Positions 1-14,696 of a stretch of DNA of 64,000 bases are shown here, one piece after another. The notes under the pieces were generated by a model. The model searched no databases, was not told where the DNA came from, and saw only the letters and a list, made by a program, of their open reading frames with translations. The first letter of the stretch is position 1; each line of letters opens with the position of its first letter. The stretch covers positions 62,001 to 126,000 of the forward strand of contig NGBS01001163.1 of NCBI GenBank assembly GCA_002245135.1, read 5' to 3'. This stretch comes from Proteromonas lacertae (Eukaryota). Made by a program: the position numbers and the translations under genes.

Positions 1-3000
1 AATGTTGATAAATATGTAACAAATGGATAAATCACTTGATTTGGTTGAACATAGGAATAAAACACATTATCTTCACATTCATTTCCTATTCCATAACCTG
101 TATAAAATAACATCAATTTGGAAGTTCTTAAAACTGGAAGGATATAGCTCTTAGTCTTTTCATTACAACCACCTAATAGATATTGAACACCTCTTTCTTG
201 TAGTCTTACTACCAAATCAGTTGCTTCTTTCTGATTGGCTGGACAATCATGTAGTTCGATTCTGATAAATCTTCCTTGAACATTTCCAAATCGATTCATC
301 CAAGCATTTAGTTCAATTTGTGACATATAAGTAAAATGATAGTGAGTTTCTGTATTGTGGCTAATATCTAATATAAATGCAAATCCAATTATATCATCTT
401 CAACTAATTCTCTTGATGGATTAACTGAATAATCACTTGTCAAATATTTATTATCATGTAATAAATAGAAGAATGGTTCTGGTTTAATTGGAGATCCTAT
501 TGCTAAATAATCAACTGGAATACAATCTTGTAAAAAAGGTAAAGCGACAGTAAAACTCATATAATTATCTTTCTGAATTGGTAATTCACCTATTGGACTT
601 GTTACTATGTTATTATATAAATATGTTCTTAATGAAAAAGCATTATCTTTGTATTCTTGATTATATGTTAAAGCATTCTTTATAAACACTAATGACATAT
701 AAGAAACTAATTGTATTTCATTGAATAATAAAGTAGCATTTCCTTTAAATGTGTTGATTTGATCTTCAATTAAAGTGGCTTGTTCATTTGTTGCTACATC
801 TGATAATACCGTTGTTACATAAACACCATCAACTACTGATTTATTCTCCATATTATAAAACATTGTTGCTGAATAGTCTAATATTAATGAACCCATTTCA
901 CTATATGGATATTTCTCTCTAAATGCCATATAGAATCTGGCTGTATAATTCTGTACTGCTGTATAAAGGAAGAAATTAGATGAAGCATTATCTGTTCGAT
1001 TGTATATTGCTTCACTTACATTTAACCAATCTTCTGTTGTTGGATCTTCTATTTCTAAACAATCATAATCTCCATTTAAATTCTCAATGTATTTCTTTGA
1101 ATATTCAATCGTGTTATAACTATCTCTATTTATATATAAAAATATAATAATATAAAAATACAAGCTATTCTTGAGATATAAAAAGAACAATTTCATACCC
1201 TTAGAAAGTCTAATATGATATGATAATGGCATTCTTTGATTTGGAATCGTATTAATCTGTATAATATTGTGATAACTAATTTCACCACCAGATGGCAAGA
1301 TTGAGAATAATATCTTATTCTTTTCCATTAATATATTATCCAATGCCTTTCTTTCTTCAGTTGTTTGAGTACCAATCAAACAAATTATATCATTATATTT
1401 ATCTAATACACTTTTTACTTCTTCTTGCAATTCCTTTAGTGTGGAATAATGAATATAAACTGGAATAATATCACGAGAGTTTATTCCACCATCTTGATTA
1501 ATTACATCGAAGATCACATTTATATAATCCATTATTACACTATCGTTGTAGGAATATCTATCAAAAACCATCACAATTCGATATAATTCATATTTGGAAT
1601 ATTGTAATTTACCATTTTCATAATAACATTTCAATGTTAAGTTGTGTATTGGCATTAATCGATTATTGAATAATTGATCCATCACACGATCTGATTTAAT
1701 ACCATCAGTAAATTCAAATAAACCAATTTTGGCTTGAGCATAACCACTGTAATATATTTCATATTGATCATAAGCTGGATTTTGTACTGCTTGATGGAAT
1801 ATATAATTCTTATATAATGATGGTAAGAATGATGAAGATGATTCAATTGCCTAATCATTATTATATTAAACATAAACATACTTGTAATAACAATGAAATT
1901 ACATTTGTAATTAATCCAAAATCAACAAATATGGGAATTTCTCTTCCTAATAAATCTTCAAAATACTGTCGATATGGATCTAAAGTAGTTGTTTTCATTG
2001 TTGTACTTGAATGGCCCATGAAATAATATCCTGAATACTATTTTGAAAATAATAATTATAATGATAATATATATATATATACATTCATATTCTTATTGTT
2101 TCTACTTTCATCAACTAATGATTCATCTAATCCATATGCAATTACTGTGAAATTATTCTCTTTTGTCATTCCTTCTTTGTATAAAGCTTCCATTATTACT
2201 TGGATATATTCCTTTTCAATTGCTGCTATTATTGCTGTGTTATTATAACTATCAACACTCATAGATCGAATATAATTTGTCACATTTACAGCTTGTTCTT
2301 CTGTTGCTTCGATCATTTCAAATATACCAATTTTACTTTCAGTACATCCTTTCTCTATTAAATCTTTTAATAATACTTTATAACTTGTTTGGCCATATTT
2401 CTTTGTTGATGTGATAATTGCAACTCGATCAAAATTATCTTCTCTTTGTATAAAGTTAGAAGCTAACATACTAAATGAACTAGTTTCTATTCTTCCAAAT
2501 ATGACATTATTCTCACAAAAATCACCACCTACTTCATTCATAAAGAATATTTGAATATCTAATGATGATAATGAGATTGAGATATTCTCCATAATGTCTG
2601 GATCTGTAAATACCAATACTGAAGATAATTCATACTCTTTATTATTCTCTTTTATCACTTCGATTGCTTTGTTTACTCCTTCTTTTATGTCAATTATTAT
2701 GGATTTAATCTGTTTTCCTAATATCAAATTCTATAATAAATAATATAAATAAAAATAATATACCTGACTAAGGTTACTTATCATTTTCTCTATAAAGATT
2801 CTTATTATTTTGTTCTTATATTGTTCCATATTCATCACAAATCCAATTGAGAAAAAATCTAATTCCACTTCTCCATTAATAGAATTTTCTAGAAAATTAC
2901 AACTACTTGTATTAATTCGATTGTAAAATTCACTAACTCCAAAATCAGTTTCTGCTTCTATTACATACATCACTTCACCATAACCATATTCTGAAGTTGA

Positions 3001-4108
3001 TGGAGTATGATCAGCAGATTTACCATTCAATTTAACAAAATAAAATGGAACTGAAATATAATGATTATTTGTCAAATACATAGTTCCACCTGGATAGGGA
3101 ATTGGATCAGAATATATATATGATAATAACGTATAAATATTATTTGTTGGATATTTAGCTGATGTATTTCGAATATGATCTAATAAAGCTAAAGTATAAG
3201 TCATTTTGAAATCTGAAGCATCTAAAAAACGATCAACATACTCTCTTTGATATTCAGTTACTTTATCATTCGTTTCTCTTCCTGTATAACCTGTTATAAA
3301 GACATTATCTTCATTCAATGCATCAGGAGTATTTTCTTTAGCTATTTCATCTAATGTAGAATATTCTAAATCACTAGGTAAGAAAAAGACTGGATAATTG
3401 TCAATATCTTTAGTTAATTTAGTAATTATTTCATCTCTTCTGAATTTTAAAAAATCAACTAAACTATCTTTACTGTTCGTTCTTATCAATGTCACACATT
3501 TATCATATTTTGTAATTGATTGGATATAGATCGGTTTACCTGTATTATTCAATATTTCATTGGCACTATACACATTTTCAACTCCAAAGAAGTTAAATGA
3601 GTCTAAAAGTCTTTCTTCATAGAATTTGTCTAATTCAGAGTTTTCAAATAGAAATGATACTTTACCATCATAATTGGCTGATATGATCGATAAAACTATA
3701 ATATATTATATATGATATTATACTGTTCTTAAAGAAGGGAATGACTGTTACACCATTTATGAAGTTTTTGTTACATCTACCCATACTGACTTGATTCATA
3801 CACACTATCAACACTTTATCATTCTTTAAATGTTCTGAATTTGAGTTCAATAACTCATTATCACATTCTGCTACAAGAATATCATGCTTATTGTTTGTCA
3901 CTGCATCGTCGATGATTTCTTTATACTTGTTGGAATCAACATCATTATTAATATCAATTGGGTCTATCTTAATATCTTCATGAAGAGAATCATAAGTTTT
4001 AAAGAATTTGTCAAAGTATTTGTCTGCGCTCTTCTTAAAGTAACCAATTTGAAAATTGTAACAGGTACAGCAGCTTAAAAAAAATACCAAATACAATCTT
4101 AACATCAT
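1..4108 (-). CDS. Large secreted or surface receptor-like protein with about four tandem periplasmic-binding-protein type 1 (Venus flytrap, UrtA/AmiC-like) modules; 3' end lies outside the window
   Basis: Signal peptide MMLRLYLVFFLSCCTC; introns at ~3696-3723, 2732-2763, 1851-1881 and 1126-1161; motifs GGINSRDIIPV...IGTQTTEERKAL...NIIQINTIPNQ and LLGGCNEKTKSYILPV...GNECEDNVFYSYVQPNQ resemble UrtA/AmiC N-lobes; PIGELPIQKDNY...PIKPEPF resembles their C-terminus. Confidence 0.7.
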
Positions 4109-4383
4109 TTAAAAAATAACGATTGATGTTTCAATAACAACAAACTTGGCTTGATTGAAATAAAATTTGCGTTAATTTATGAAGATTAATAATGTTACTC
4201 TCATATTATTTACTATATCACATTTTAAATTGCATTTCATCTTAAAATTTGAATAATACTCTAAAATTTATTTATGTTTATAATTTGAATATCATCATAC
4301 TTTCAATCTTATGTCTTCTTTTGTAATAATCCTATATCATTAAATGTTTCAAGCATATTGTTATAATGTTATTATTTGAATAG

Positions 4384-4581
4384 ATAATGGAATGAGTGAG
4401 AAAGGATTAAAAATGTTGATTAAAAAACTGAAAGATTACTGTTCATTCAAATGAAATCTAACAGGAAATGAATTAGATGAAAGTGAATTGAGATTAATGA
4501 AACAATTGGAATAATCAAGCTAGATGGAATATGTGAAGAAGAAAAGAAAGAATTATCAAAACAATTCTTTAATATCCAATA
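4384..4581 (+). pseudogene. Orphan degenerate LRR (RI-like) exon fragment
   Basis: Follows an aatag acceptor; reads DNGMSEKGLKMLIKKLKDYCSFK*NLTGNELDESELRLMKQLE* with in-frame stops. Confidence 0.45.
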
Positions 4582-4671
4582 AAATCTATTATTACTTTAT
4601 TTCATTTTTTTTTATTTCTTAACATACAATACATTAATAATAATAATAACAACAATCATAATTATAAGAAT

Positions 4672-6148
4672 CTATAGCTCTCTATCATATTCATCAACAG
4701 AGAGCGGATCAAAATTCAATTGCTTACTATAACTTTTACAAATAACAGGAGTTTCAAACTTCATTTCATATACACAAGTACTAGGTTCAACTACATTCAC
4801 TATTCTATTTTCCATTCCACATATCACTTCAACTTTCACTGATCTTTCAGGTCCATTCCAACACTTTTCACCATGTAAATAATAGAAAGTGTTATTTTCT
4901 CTATGATCAAAATTACCCATTAATAACGAATCTTGTTTGACAGTTTTCATAAAACATATTTCATATTTATATTTATCAATATCTTCACTTATACATTCAT
5001 CTACTATTCCTAATATTGCATAATCATCTTGATTTTCTTTTATCACTTCCATTTCTTTTATTTTATTGTTATAATTATCTAATAAATCTTTTACTTCATC
5101 TTTCTTTTCATTGTATTTATTTCTAGCGTTATTCGCTTCTTCAGATGAATAATCACTCGGTGGATCGTATTGAGACATGTCAATTTCATTAATTGCTTCA
5201 TTTTCTTTATTTTGTAGCTGGTGTGACATTTTAATTATTTCTTCCTGACATCTATATTGGATTGTAATATTATATATAATCTGTTTTAGTTGTTCAACTG
5301 ATAATGAGTTTATATCTAATTTACTATATAAATCTTCTCTTTTTTCTTCAATTTTAAATTCATTTATTCTTCTTTCTTTTTCCTATTTATATATAATTAT
5401 TATATAATACTTCTAATTCTACCTTTTCTTCTTTTTCTTTTATTTCTTTCAACTCATTCAGTTCTTTTTGCTTACTTTCTACCTCAGATTTCATACTATC
5501 TATTTCTTCCTTTATTCTTTCATATTTTTCTTTTCCTTTTTCATAATATTCCTTTTTCAATTCACTTGATTGTCTTAGAATTTCTTCTTCTTCTATTTTC
5601 TTTGTTCTAATTAATATTTATAATATAATATACAAATAGTCATGATATAACTCTTCACATGTATTTTTACATTTTATTTCATTATTCAAATATTCATCAC
5701 TTCCATCACAACAATCACATACTCCATCATTCACATATGCACTTTTAATATAACGACCTAAGAAACCTTTGTTTATACAATAGAACTGATTATCTAAACA
5801 GGCAGCTAACTTCAATTGAGGAAATATAAATCAATTAATAATAGTCTCATATAAAAAATGATATAAGTTCCAGGTTCATCTGATGCCATCTTGACAATCA
5901 CAATAATTATCGTTTATTTGTGAAAATGGAATAGTTAAAGAACCATCTTTGCATGTGAACTAAATGGTGAGAATAAAATTACCAATACTTGTTTTGGTTC
6001 ATCTAAATCTCCTGTATATTCACTTTGCTTGGATAGAGGAACACCATGAATATATGTTGATTGAGTATATTTAACGCATATATTGAAAATTACAAGCTAT
6101 CAATAAATACAATTGTAAAATATATACAAAAACAATAATAGATTTCAT
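4672..6148 (-). CDS. PRKCSH: Glucosidase II beta subunit (multi-exon)
   Basis: INDNYCDCQDGSDEPG and VNDGVCDCCDGSDE motifs, coiled coil, C-terminal MRH domain (YKYEIC...GEKCWNGPERS...EPSTCVYEM.FETP), ER-retention-like DREL*. Confidence 0.93.
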
Positions 6149-6282
6149 TCTCAATGAAGAAAAAGAATTTCTAGAAAAATGGGTTATGAAAATTCAAACT
6201 ATAGAATCAAACCTATTTTGTTTTAAAAATCATCCTTTAACAAAACAACATATTAAAAATCATTTCATATCCCATTATTTAC

Positions 6283-7035
6283 TTAGAAATCAGCATTGAA
6301 TTCGGTATAATCAAAATCTTTGAAGTTGTTTTTGTTTAACCAAAATCCTTTTTTACCTAATTCACCTGTTCCTGGAGCAAACATCAAACCATAGATGTTA
6401 ATTTCACCTTTATCAAATAATGGTTTGACATGTTGATGTTGAGATAATCTCAACACACTGTTTCCACAATGAATATCACAGATTTTGTCATATTTTTTAA
6501 CTGGATCAGTTATATCTGCCAACTTTTTTGCATTCTTTTTAATTACTTGAACTGCACAATCTAACCATTGATTCAAATCATTTTGAGCTGGACTTTTCTC
6601 CTAAAAATTGTAAATACAATAGAATACTTCAGCTAATTTCATGGCTGCACCAATACCACCACAATTGTAATGTCCAACAATAATTAAGTTTCTAATACTC
6701 AAGTGATTAACACCATAATCAAGAACTAAATATATAAATGTAAAATTCAGAAAACATTATACCATTATTCAAACTCTTATCATATGTGTTGATGCAGTTT
6801 GCAATATTACGAGTAGTAAAGAAATCACCCTAAAATGAGTTGAATTAATTGATTATACTGGATTAGCATTAGCAACTAAACTAATTGGAGCACGACTATC
6901 AGAACATCCAATACAGAGAGCATAAGGCTTTTGAACAGATTCTAAACTCTTTAATAAAGTTGGATTCTTTCCATTGAATTCTTTAATCCACACTCGATTA
7001 GCACTTACAATTTTTGATATAATTCCTGAAGACAT
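6283..7035 (-). CDS. Beta-class carbonic anhydrase (4 exons)
   Basis: CIGCSDSR, RNIAN and VGHYNCGG zinc-ligand motifs; introns 6830-6858, 6726-6763, 6601-6627. Confidence 0.93.
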
Positions 7036-7164
7036 AATGAGAAATATGAAATTTTAAAATGAAAAGATTTATATCCGTTTCAGAATATTCTTTTTTTATT
7101 TTTTCATTATATCATTGGTTTATATAATCAAAATAAAATAGAAATAACAATTATTATTGTTGTT

Positions 7165-8503
7165 CTAACTGTTCATTTTTTTACCAGCTTCCAGTGATTC
7201 TAATTCACCGTTCTTCTTTCTCTCTTCATTTTTCAACTTGATTTCTTTCTTTATTTTTTTGTTCAACCTTCTCTTTCTACTGAACAAACTATCTAATCTA
7301 CTACTAGATAGATCAATCTTCTCAATCTCTTTAGCCAACAAATTATCTTCTCCTTTACATACTAAATTTATTACAGTACCATCTCTATTACATCTACCAG
7401 TTCTACCACATCTATGAATGTAAGAAATAACATCTTTTGGGAAATCGTATTGAATTACACAGTCTACGTTAGTTGTGTTAATACCTCTACTAATGATATC
7501 AGTAGTGATTAATATTTTCACTTCATTGTTAATAAATGCCTTTAATTTCTTTTCTTTCACATACGGCAAGTCATTTTTATTAAATCTTTCATATGGAAAT
7601 GTAAATTTGTTATTTTTAAGATATTCATCAATTATTTCCATCGATTTTATAGTATTAACAAAAATTAAGAAGGATTTATGTTCCGTTGATGATATTATTT
7701 CTTGCATTTTTTTCAATTTCTCTTCTTCATTCTCTAATTCTATTTTTTGGATTTTTAAATTTGGATTAACTCTGTGATTATAATCACTCTCTACAATATG
7801 TAAATCAGGTAAAAATTTCTTTAATAATATTCCTGGAGACTTCTTACCTTCAAATGAAATAGTTGCTCCACTAAATATGAATTGCAGAGGAGGTACTAAA
7901 TGATTTTTGAAATATCTTAAAAGTGGCCAAACAAAGTGAACTGAACTGCTATCTAACAAAAAATCTACTTCATCTAATATTATAGTATCTATTGACTTGA
8001 AATAGGGTGATTTCATATATCTGAATATCTGATTTGGGGTTGATAGAATGTAATTTGATAGAATGGATGTAGAAGGTTGCCAAGGTGGATAAGCTAATAT
8101 TGACTCTGATTTAAACCTGTCATATACTGTATTCCCCATTTCGCTTACTTGAGTGATTAATTCTCTTCTTGGAGCTATTATCATTACTTTTGGTGCTCTT
8201 GTCTATTTTTAATATAATATATATAAGAATAATATGTTAATACTGGTGGTTTTTGATGAATTTGGATTGTAGGAAGTAAGTAAGCTAATGTTTTCCCACT
8301 TCCTGTCTCAGATGCTATTAATACATTTTTCTTCGACTTAATAACAGGAAAAGACTATGATAATGCAATAATTATTATACGGCTGATTGAATAGGTGTTG
8401 GTTCTTCAATTTTCAATTGTTTCAGTTTCTCACATATTTTTGAATCGATACCTAAATCTGAAAATGATGAAAAATAACGAACTGATCTTCTAATTAACAA
8501 CAT
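7165..8503 (-). CDS. DEAD-box RNA helicase, probably mitochondrial
   Basis: FSDLG, PTPIQ, SETGSGKT, DEVD, HRCGRTGR; presequence-like MLLIRRSVRYFSS; 26-nt intron 8355-8380. Confidence 0.88.
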
Positions 8504-8643
8504 ATTAAGAATTTTTATATTCGAATCAAACCAGAGTCAAGCTTATTTACTATTCTTTTAAATTTCATTTGTAATTATTCACAATACAAACAAAATAATA
8601 CTTAAATAATATCTTTTAGAAAAAAACGAAGAAAGAAAATGAT

Positions 8644-9937
8644 TTATAAAGTTCTACCTGTTACAAAATCTATTTTACTTGACTTAATCCACTTATCATT
8701 ATCATCACCATCAACATCATTCAAATCATCAAGCATATCGTTACCAGTAGTATTATTATTGTTGACATTATCTTCACATTTTTGAACTAAAGGATCTGAA
8801 TCAAATCCACCTGCTAATTTCCATTGTAACATCTGAACTGTATAAAATGGTCCATACACATTTTCATCATTTTCACTCCATTTATATTTCCATTGAATTT
8901 GAGCAATTTCTGGTTTTACTGTTTTAATAATCTCATTTACATAAATCTCTTTTATTTCTATTCTTGTCATTTCATATAAATCTTTCAAATTCCCTTCCAT
9001 CACTAATCTATCCACAATTTCAATTAATTTATAAAAAGTATCCATATCAACTTTAATATTTTCAGATTCTTTCTTTTCTTCTTCTTTTTCTTCTTTTTTA
9101 ATTGCAGATGGTAAAAATGATAATAAGTTACTGTTATTCTTTTTATCTTTATTTATTTTTTGTCCTTTCAATTTCTTCATTCTGTCTGATGGTGTTTCAT
9201 TATCATCTTTAAGAATATCTAACAATTGTTCTAAAAATAAAATCATATTAAATGGTGTAAAATTTTCTTCTTCTTCTTCTAGTTTATTATTATTATTATT
9301 TTTTATTTCATATATTTCCATTTTGTCTATATTATCTAAGAATTCATCAGGATTATCTATCTCGTCTTGAGTTTTAATTATTTTTCTTCTTACATAATTG
9401 CCAGATTGATCAAAGTAACCTTCATCCATTTCTTGTCTTAAATTAAATGGTTCTAATTCTTCACCATCATCTCCTTTGTTTCTACTATTCATATCTTCAC
9501 CTTGTGCATGGACAATCTTTTTTATTTTATGCTATTTTTATAAATAATTATAAACTAATTTATACTTCATTTTTCTTTTTTATTGCTTTACCATTTTCAT
9601 CTTCTTCTTCACTATCTGTTCCTGATAATGCTTTTTCTTCATCATCATCGGAATAATCTTCATCTTCTATTTCTCTAATTCATTATAATGATAAGGTTGA
9701 ATATATACTGTAATTCATTATCTTCTTCTACTTTATTTAACTCTTTTGGCACACCATAGCCATCTAATTCTTCTGGACTATATTATTATATATTAAATTA
9801 TAGAATACGTGTAAGCATTGTCTTTATCAGAAGAAACTATTTTTCTCGATTTTCTAGATGGTGGAGGCATATCTACCAAAGTCCTAATAATATTGTATGA
9901 AATATCATAAAGATACATTTCTCTCTCTTTTACTCAT
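8644..9937 (-). CDS. CD2BP2: U5 snRNP 52K / CD2BP2 (Snu40/Lin1) homologue with C-terminal GYF domain
   Basis: LEPFNLRQEMDEGYFDQSGNYV and WKYKW...YGPF...QMLQW...GGF; 5' exons reconstructed by eye. Confidence 0.85.
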
Positions 9938-10032
9938 AATTTTGATTTATATTCTATTGCGATAATTCTGATCAGATCTTGATAATCAAGCCAAGTTTTT
10001 TGTTGTGAGTTTTTAAATTTTTATAACCAATA

Positions 10033-12175
10033 ATGCTATCTGCTGATTTTAAATTTAGTCTCGATAATAATATTAAACCAAAGACTGTTGTTGTTGGATA
10101 TTGTATGTTAGAATTATGTTTTATTCATAGATGATGGTGAAAACCCTTGTCTTACTGCTGCAACAAACACAGGCAAAATACTTTTACACAATCCACACGA
10201 AAGGACAGAGGATAACAAATCCACAAAGTTTTTAAACATCAATAAAGACATAACAGCAATATGTTCAGGTAAATTAAAGCCAACTGTACAGAGAGATATG
10301 TTAATGATAGGTACAGAATCCACACTCCAAGCATACGATGCAGAAGATAATTGTGATGTATTCTTCAGAGAAGCATCAGATGGAATATCCTCTATGACAT
10401 TTGGCACAATTATGAACCATGAAAATCCATTAGCAATAGTTGGAGGTAATTGCTCAATATTAGGATTTGATAGTGAAGGAAATGACGCATATTGGACCGT
10501 TACTGGAGATAACGTATCCTGTCTCCATATTTGTGATACAGACAACGACCATGAGAATGAATTATTAATAGCCTCCGATGATTATGAATTAAAAATATTA
10601 AAAGATGATGAAGTTGTATCAGAAATTACAGAAAATGGACCAATTGTGGAGATGTGTTCATTCGATAATAATCTCTTTGGATATGGTATAAAGAATGGAA
10701 CAATTGGTATATATAATAATAACGAAAGAATATGGAGAAAAAAAGGAAAAAATCAAATTTCCAGTTTAACTGCCTATGATATAGATGCAGATGATAATCA
10801 GGAGTTAATTACTGGTTGGACAAATGGAAAAGTGGAAATGAGACGTCAAAATGATGGTCATTTAGTATGTAAAGATAAAATGGATAGTGCAGTAGCTGGT
10901 AGTTTTGTCTGTGATTTTAGAAAGAATGGTAGAAATGAATTAGTTGTTTTAAGTAGTGAAGGTCAAGTCAAAGGATATACAACGCTAGATAATGAACCAA
11001 CACGTAAATTAGTAATAGAAAATGAAATGGATATGGAAAAAGAGAATGAATTATTACAAAGAAAAGCTGCTTTAACAGCACAACTAACTGCATTAAAAAA
11101 TTCACAAGATCAAACTCAAGAAATTCCACCTGGACAATTACCTATAGGAACGAAAGTAATGAATAAGTTGAATTTAGATCCAGTTAATCATTGCTTAAAT
11201 TTGAAATTAACTGCTACTAATGAAACTGTAATTACTGCAGCTGTAGTGTTATGTGAAGATGGAGTATTAGGAAATGAATCAATTATTACATACCCAAAAA
11301 TTCCATCATCTGAAGTGAATGTGTCTTTAAAACCAATTAAAAATCAAAAAACGAATTTATTGATACAAGTATTAGTATCTCCACGAGGTTATTATGAACA
11401 ATACACTATATTTGAATTAGAACAGATGCTACCAAAATTCTCACTGTTTATTGCAGATGAAGCATCGGAAGCTCTACAAAATCCTCCTGGTTGTGTTTCA
11501 TTTAAAATAAAGGAAAGAATTAATCGAATCTGTTTATGGGTTGCACAGAGTTATTTAATTGGTGAAGTCAATCCTACTGGACCAAATGGAGATAATTTGA
11601 GAGTAGCCGTTACACATTTAGTAACAAATGAAAAATTGAGAATTATCGTTACACCTGATGGACCAGTGAATAAAGTGCAGATTCGATGTAATAATATGGA
11701 ATTATGTGGAGAAATAATACAAGATTTATGTATGTTTTTAAAGATTACAGATTTAGAAAGTTTAGCTGAATTTCCTGATGAAATAAATAGATTTGTGGAA
11801 GTATTGAATTTAGTTGAGGAATATAATGCTACTAGAATGAATATGACTGCTGAGATGGCTGATAACACTAATTTATTGAAAATGTATGTAATTAGGTGTG
11901 AAGACTCTCGGATTTTAGGAGATATGGATAATATGGTTAAAACATACCAGGAATTGATGGTTATGAACAGAGAAATGATAGGTGAATATCAAAAGAGAGC
12001 AAATAACCACCAAGAGTTGTTGAAAGTGTTAAAAGAAGTTAACAAAATGATAGAAAAAGCATCTAATCTAAGAGTTGGCACTCACAGAACACAGTTAATC
12101 AGTGTTTGTCGTCAAGCTATGAAAGAGAATAAAATTAGGAATTTATTGACATACATACAAGAAGGACATAAGTAG
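10033..12175 (+). CDS. BBS2: BBSome subunit BBS2
   Basis: After intron 10103-10130 reads GYYDGENPCLTAAT; IVGGNCSILGFD...YWTVTGDNV; C-terminal LTAEMAD-like...EDSRILGD...NNHQELL helical region. Confidence 0.96.
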
Positions 12176-12282
12176 TATTTGTTTTAATTATTAATATTTT
12201 CTCATTATTGACAAGTTTTGTGAAATACAAATAAATACACTTTCATTCAAGCCTCTAACTTGTATCATAATATTTTTTAAAA

Positions 12283-14554
12283 ATGAATTCAATACAAAGC
12301 AGTCCATACGTGTCAAAAATACATCGTTTGAATGCAAGTCAATTATCAAACGGATTAGTATATCCTAAAAGGATCATCTTATATAGAGACCTTCTTTGAA
12401 TTCTTCTTTTACTTCTACAAAATCATTTTGTGAAGGAAGTAAAAAAAAGGACAAATTATTTTCAACTCCACAAAGACCAATTGCGTATATATCAGTCATC
12501 AATCCTGTATTTAGTTCTACAAAAAGATCTGCTTCATGCAACTGTACTGCAGATAGAATATCCTTTTTAAATGATGTTGTAAATTGAATTAAAATTTCCC
12601 TAATCAAAATTTCAAGAAAAGAAAGATCGTACACTCGATGATATAATAAAAACAAACAAATCAAAAGAAGTAAAATATTTTGCAGAAATGATACAAATGC
12701 TAAATGAAAAGATCAACAGAATGGAAATGGGTAAATCTTCAGGAATAAAAAGAAAGAGAGAAAAAGAAATTCTATCTGTTGATTTTGAAACGCCCAGTAT
12801 AATTATAATATCTATTATAATAAAATAAAATAGAGAAATTAGAGAAAATGCAAGATACTATTTACTATCCCACAGTAAATTGTGATTATTCAACAGATGT
12901 TGAAGATTCATCCTCTTCAGAAGAAGAAGAAGAAGAAAATAATTCAGAAAATGAAAGAAATCAAAAAAATCATAACAAAAAATCACAACAACAACAACCT
13001 CATTCTCCATATCGTCATATAGAAAAGATATTCAAAGATTATGAAATGGTACAAAAAGAATTCACTCAATTGAACAAACGACTACAAAGTGCAAATTGTA
13101 CAAAGGAAGACAAACAAACAATAATCGACAGATTAGAAGAATTAACAGCCTTAACTCAATCATTACAAGAAGAATATAAATTATCAATTAAATGGAATAA
13201 AGAACATGGTTTATCAAGTGAAGGAGTTACTGATAAGAATAATACACCAATTGATAAACATATTAATAATTATGATTTTAATAATAATAATTACAATGAA
13301 GATAATGATGATGATGATGATGATGATAATTATAGAACTATCAGTGATATAACTGATGATTTAAACCAAGTGGATGTATTATATAACAGTTTTAAAGACA
13401 CTTTAAAGAGATGTAAAGTGAGTAATTGGAGTAGAAATATGTTACATATTTTACAGAAAAGATTTGATGATTTGACTGAGGAATTGAACCATACAAAATT
13501 ACATATTAAAAGTGATATGAAATTATCAGAAAATTCCATTAACAATGCTATTGAATTGTTAAACAAATTAGATTATTTGGTTCGAAGTGCTGAAAGTATT
13601 CACAAGGATTCGAATAATAATGAACAAGATAAACAAGAAATGAAGAAGATATATGTAGAAATTAATTTCATTGTAAAATCGTTATTAGCTTGTGAAGATA
13701 TTCAAAATACTGAACTAATTACCGTTGTTCAAGGTATTAGCAGTAATATTAAATCAATTTCACCTGCTTATGATATATTGAAAGATTCAATTATGAAATT
13801 GAAGAAGTTATTAGAATCAAATAACAATAGTAATAATAGTAATAATAGAAAGAATGAAATTGTCAAACCATCTCAATATCAATCATATAGTAATCCAACA
13901 GCAACAACAACATCTACTACTGCTACATCAACTGTAAGAGATTTCGATTCAATTGGTAAATTATTAAAAGAAGCTGAATATGTTCAAGAACAATATAATT
14001 TATTAAAAGATGAATTGAATAGAAATCCTTCACCTCAAAGAATGATGGAAATACAATCATCTTTAACTAGATTAATGAGAAGAGCTAATAATTTAGAAAA
14101 TGATATTTCTATAATCAAAACATCTACAAAACCAAAACCAGCAACTAATTCTAATAGCAATAATGATTATGATTTAACTCCACTTGGCATTGAAAAACGA
14201 TTAACTGAACTGTCTGAAAAGTATGAAGAATTATGTTATAGAATAAAAAACTGTAAAAATGATGAAGATAAAGAAAAGTTAAAATATGAAATTAATAGAG
14301 TGTTAGAAGAGACTAAATCTTTGAATGAAAGGATATCACAAATGAAACCAGAAGAAAAAGAAAGTATGAAGAATCAACTTCAAAATATACTGATCAGTGG
14401 TGTAAAGTGCTGTAAAGAGGAATGCAGTGGCAGAGAAGAGAGATATGGATTTTTGACTGATTATTATAAGAAGTATTTACCTATTACATCTGATAAAATG
14501 TTGAAAGAATTTGTTGATTTAGGAATGCAGTTGTGTTCTACTGAAATGGCTTGA
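12283..14554 (+). CDS. Hypothetical coiled-coil protein (4 exons)
   Basis: ATG 12283 followed by three short GT-AG introns splicing into the long ORF that ends at 14554; no recognisable domain. Confidence 0.7.
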
Positions 14555-14696
14555 TTATTATGTTAATTGAATTATTATTATTATTATTATTATTATATTG
14601 ATATATTAATTGAATGTGTTTGTTTGTGAAATTAAAAAGAAAGTGAAACGAATATATTTTTGAAATAATATTTTAGTTTTTGTTTTTTTTGCTTTA

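Noticed and set aside
10114..11868. Minus-strand ORFs inside BBS2, and similar short shadow ORFs elsewhere
   Set aside because: Antisense to well-supported genes, with no motifs
14552..14630. Blastocystis-type stop codons created by polyadenylation (TGTTTGTT motif near 14617)
   Set aside because: This gene and the other reconstructed genes have genomic stop codons
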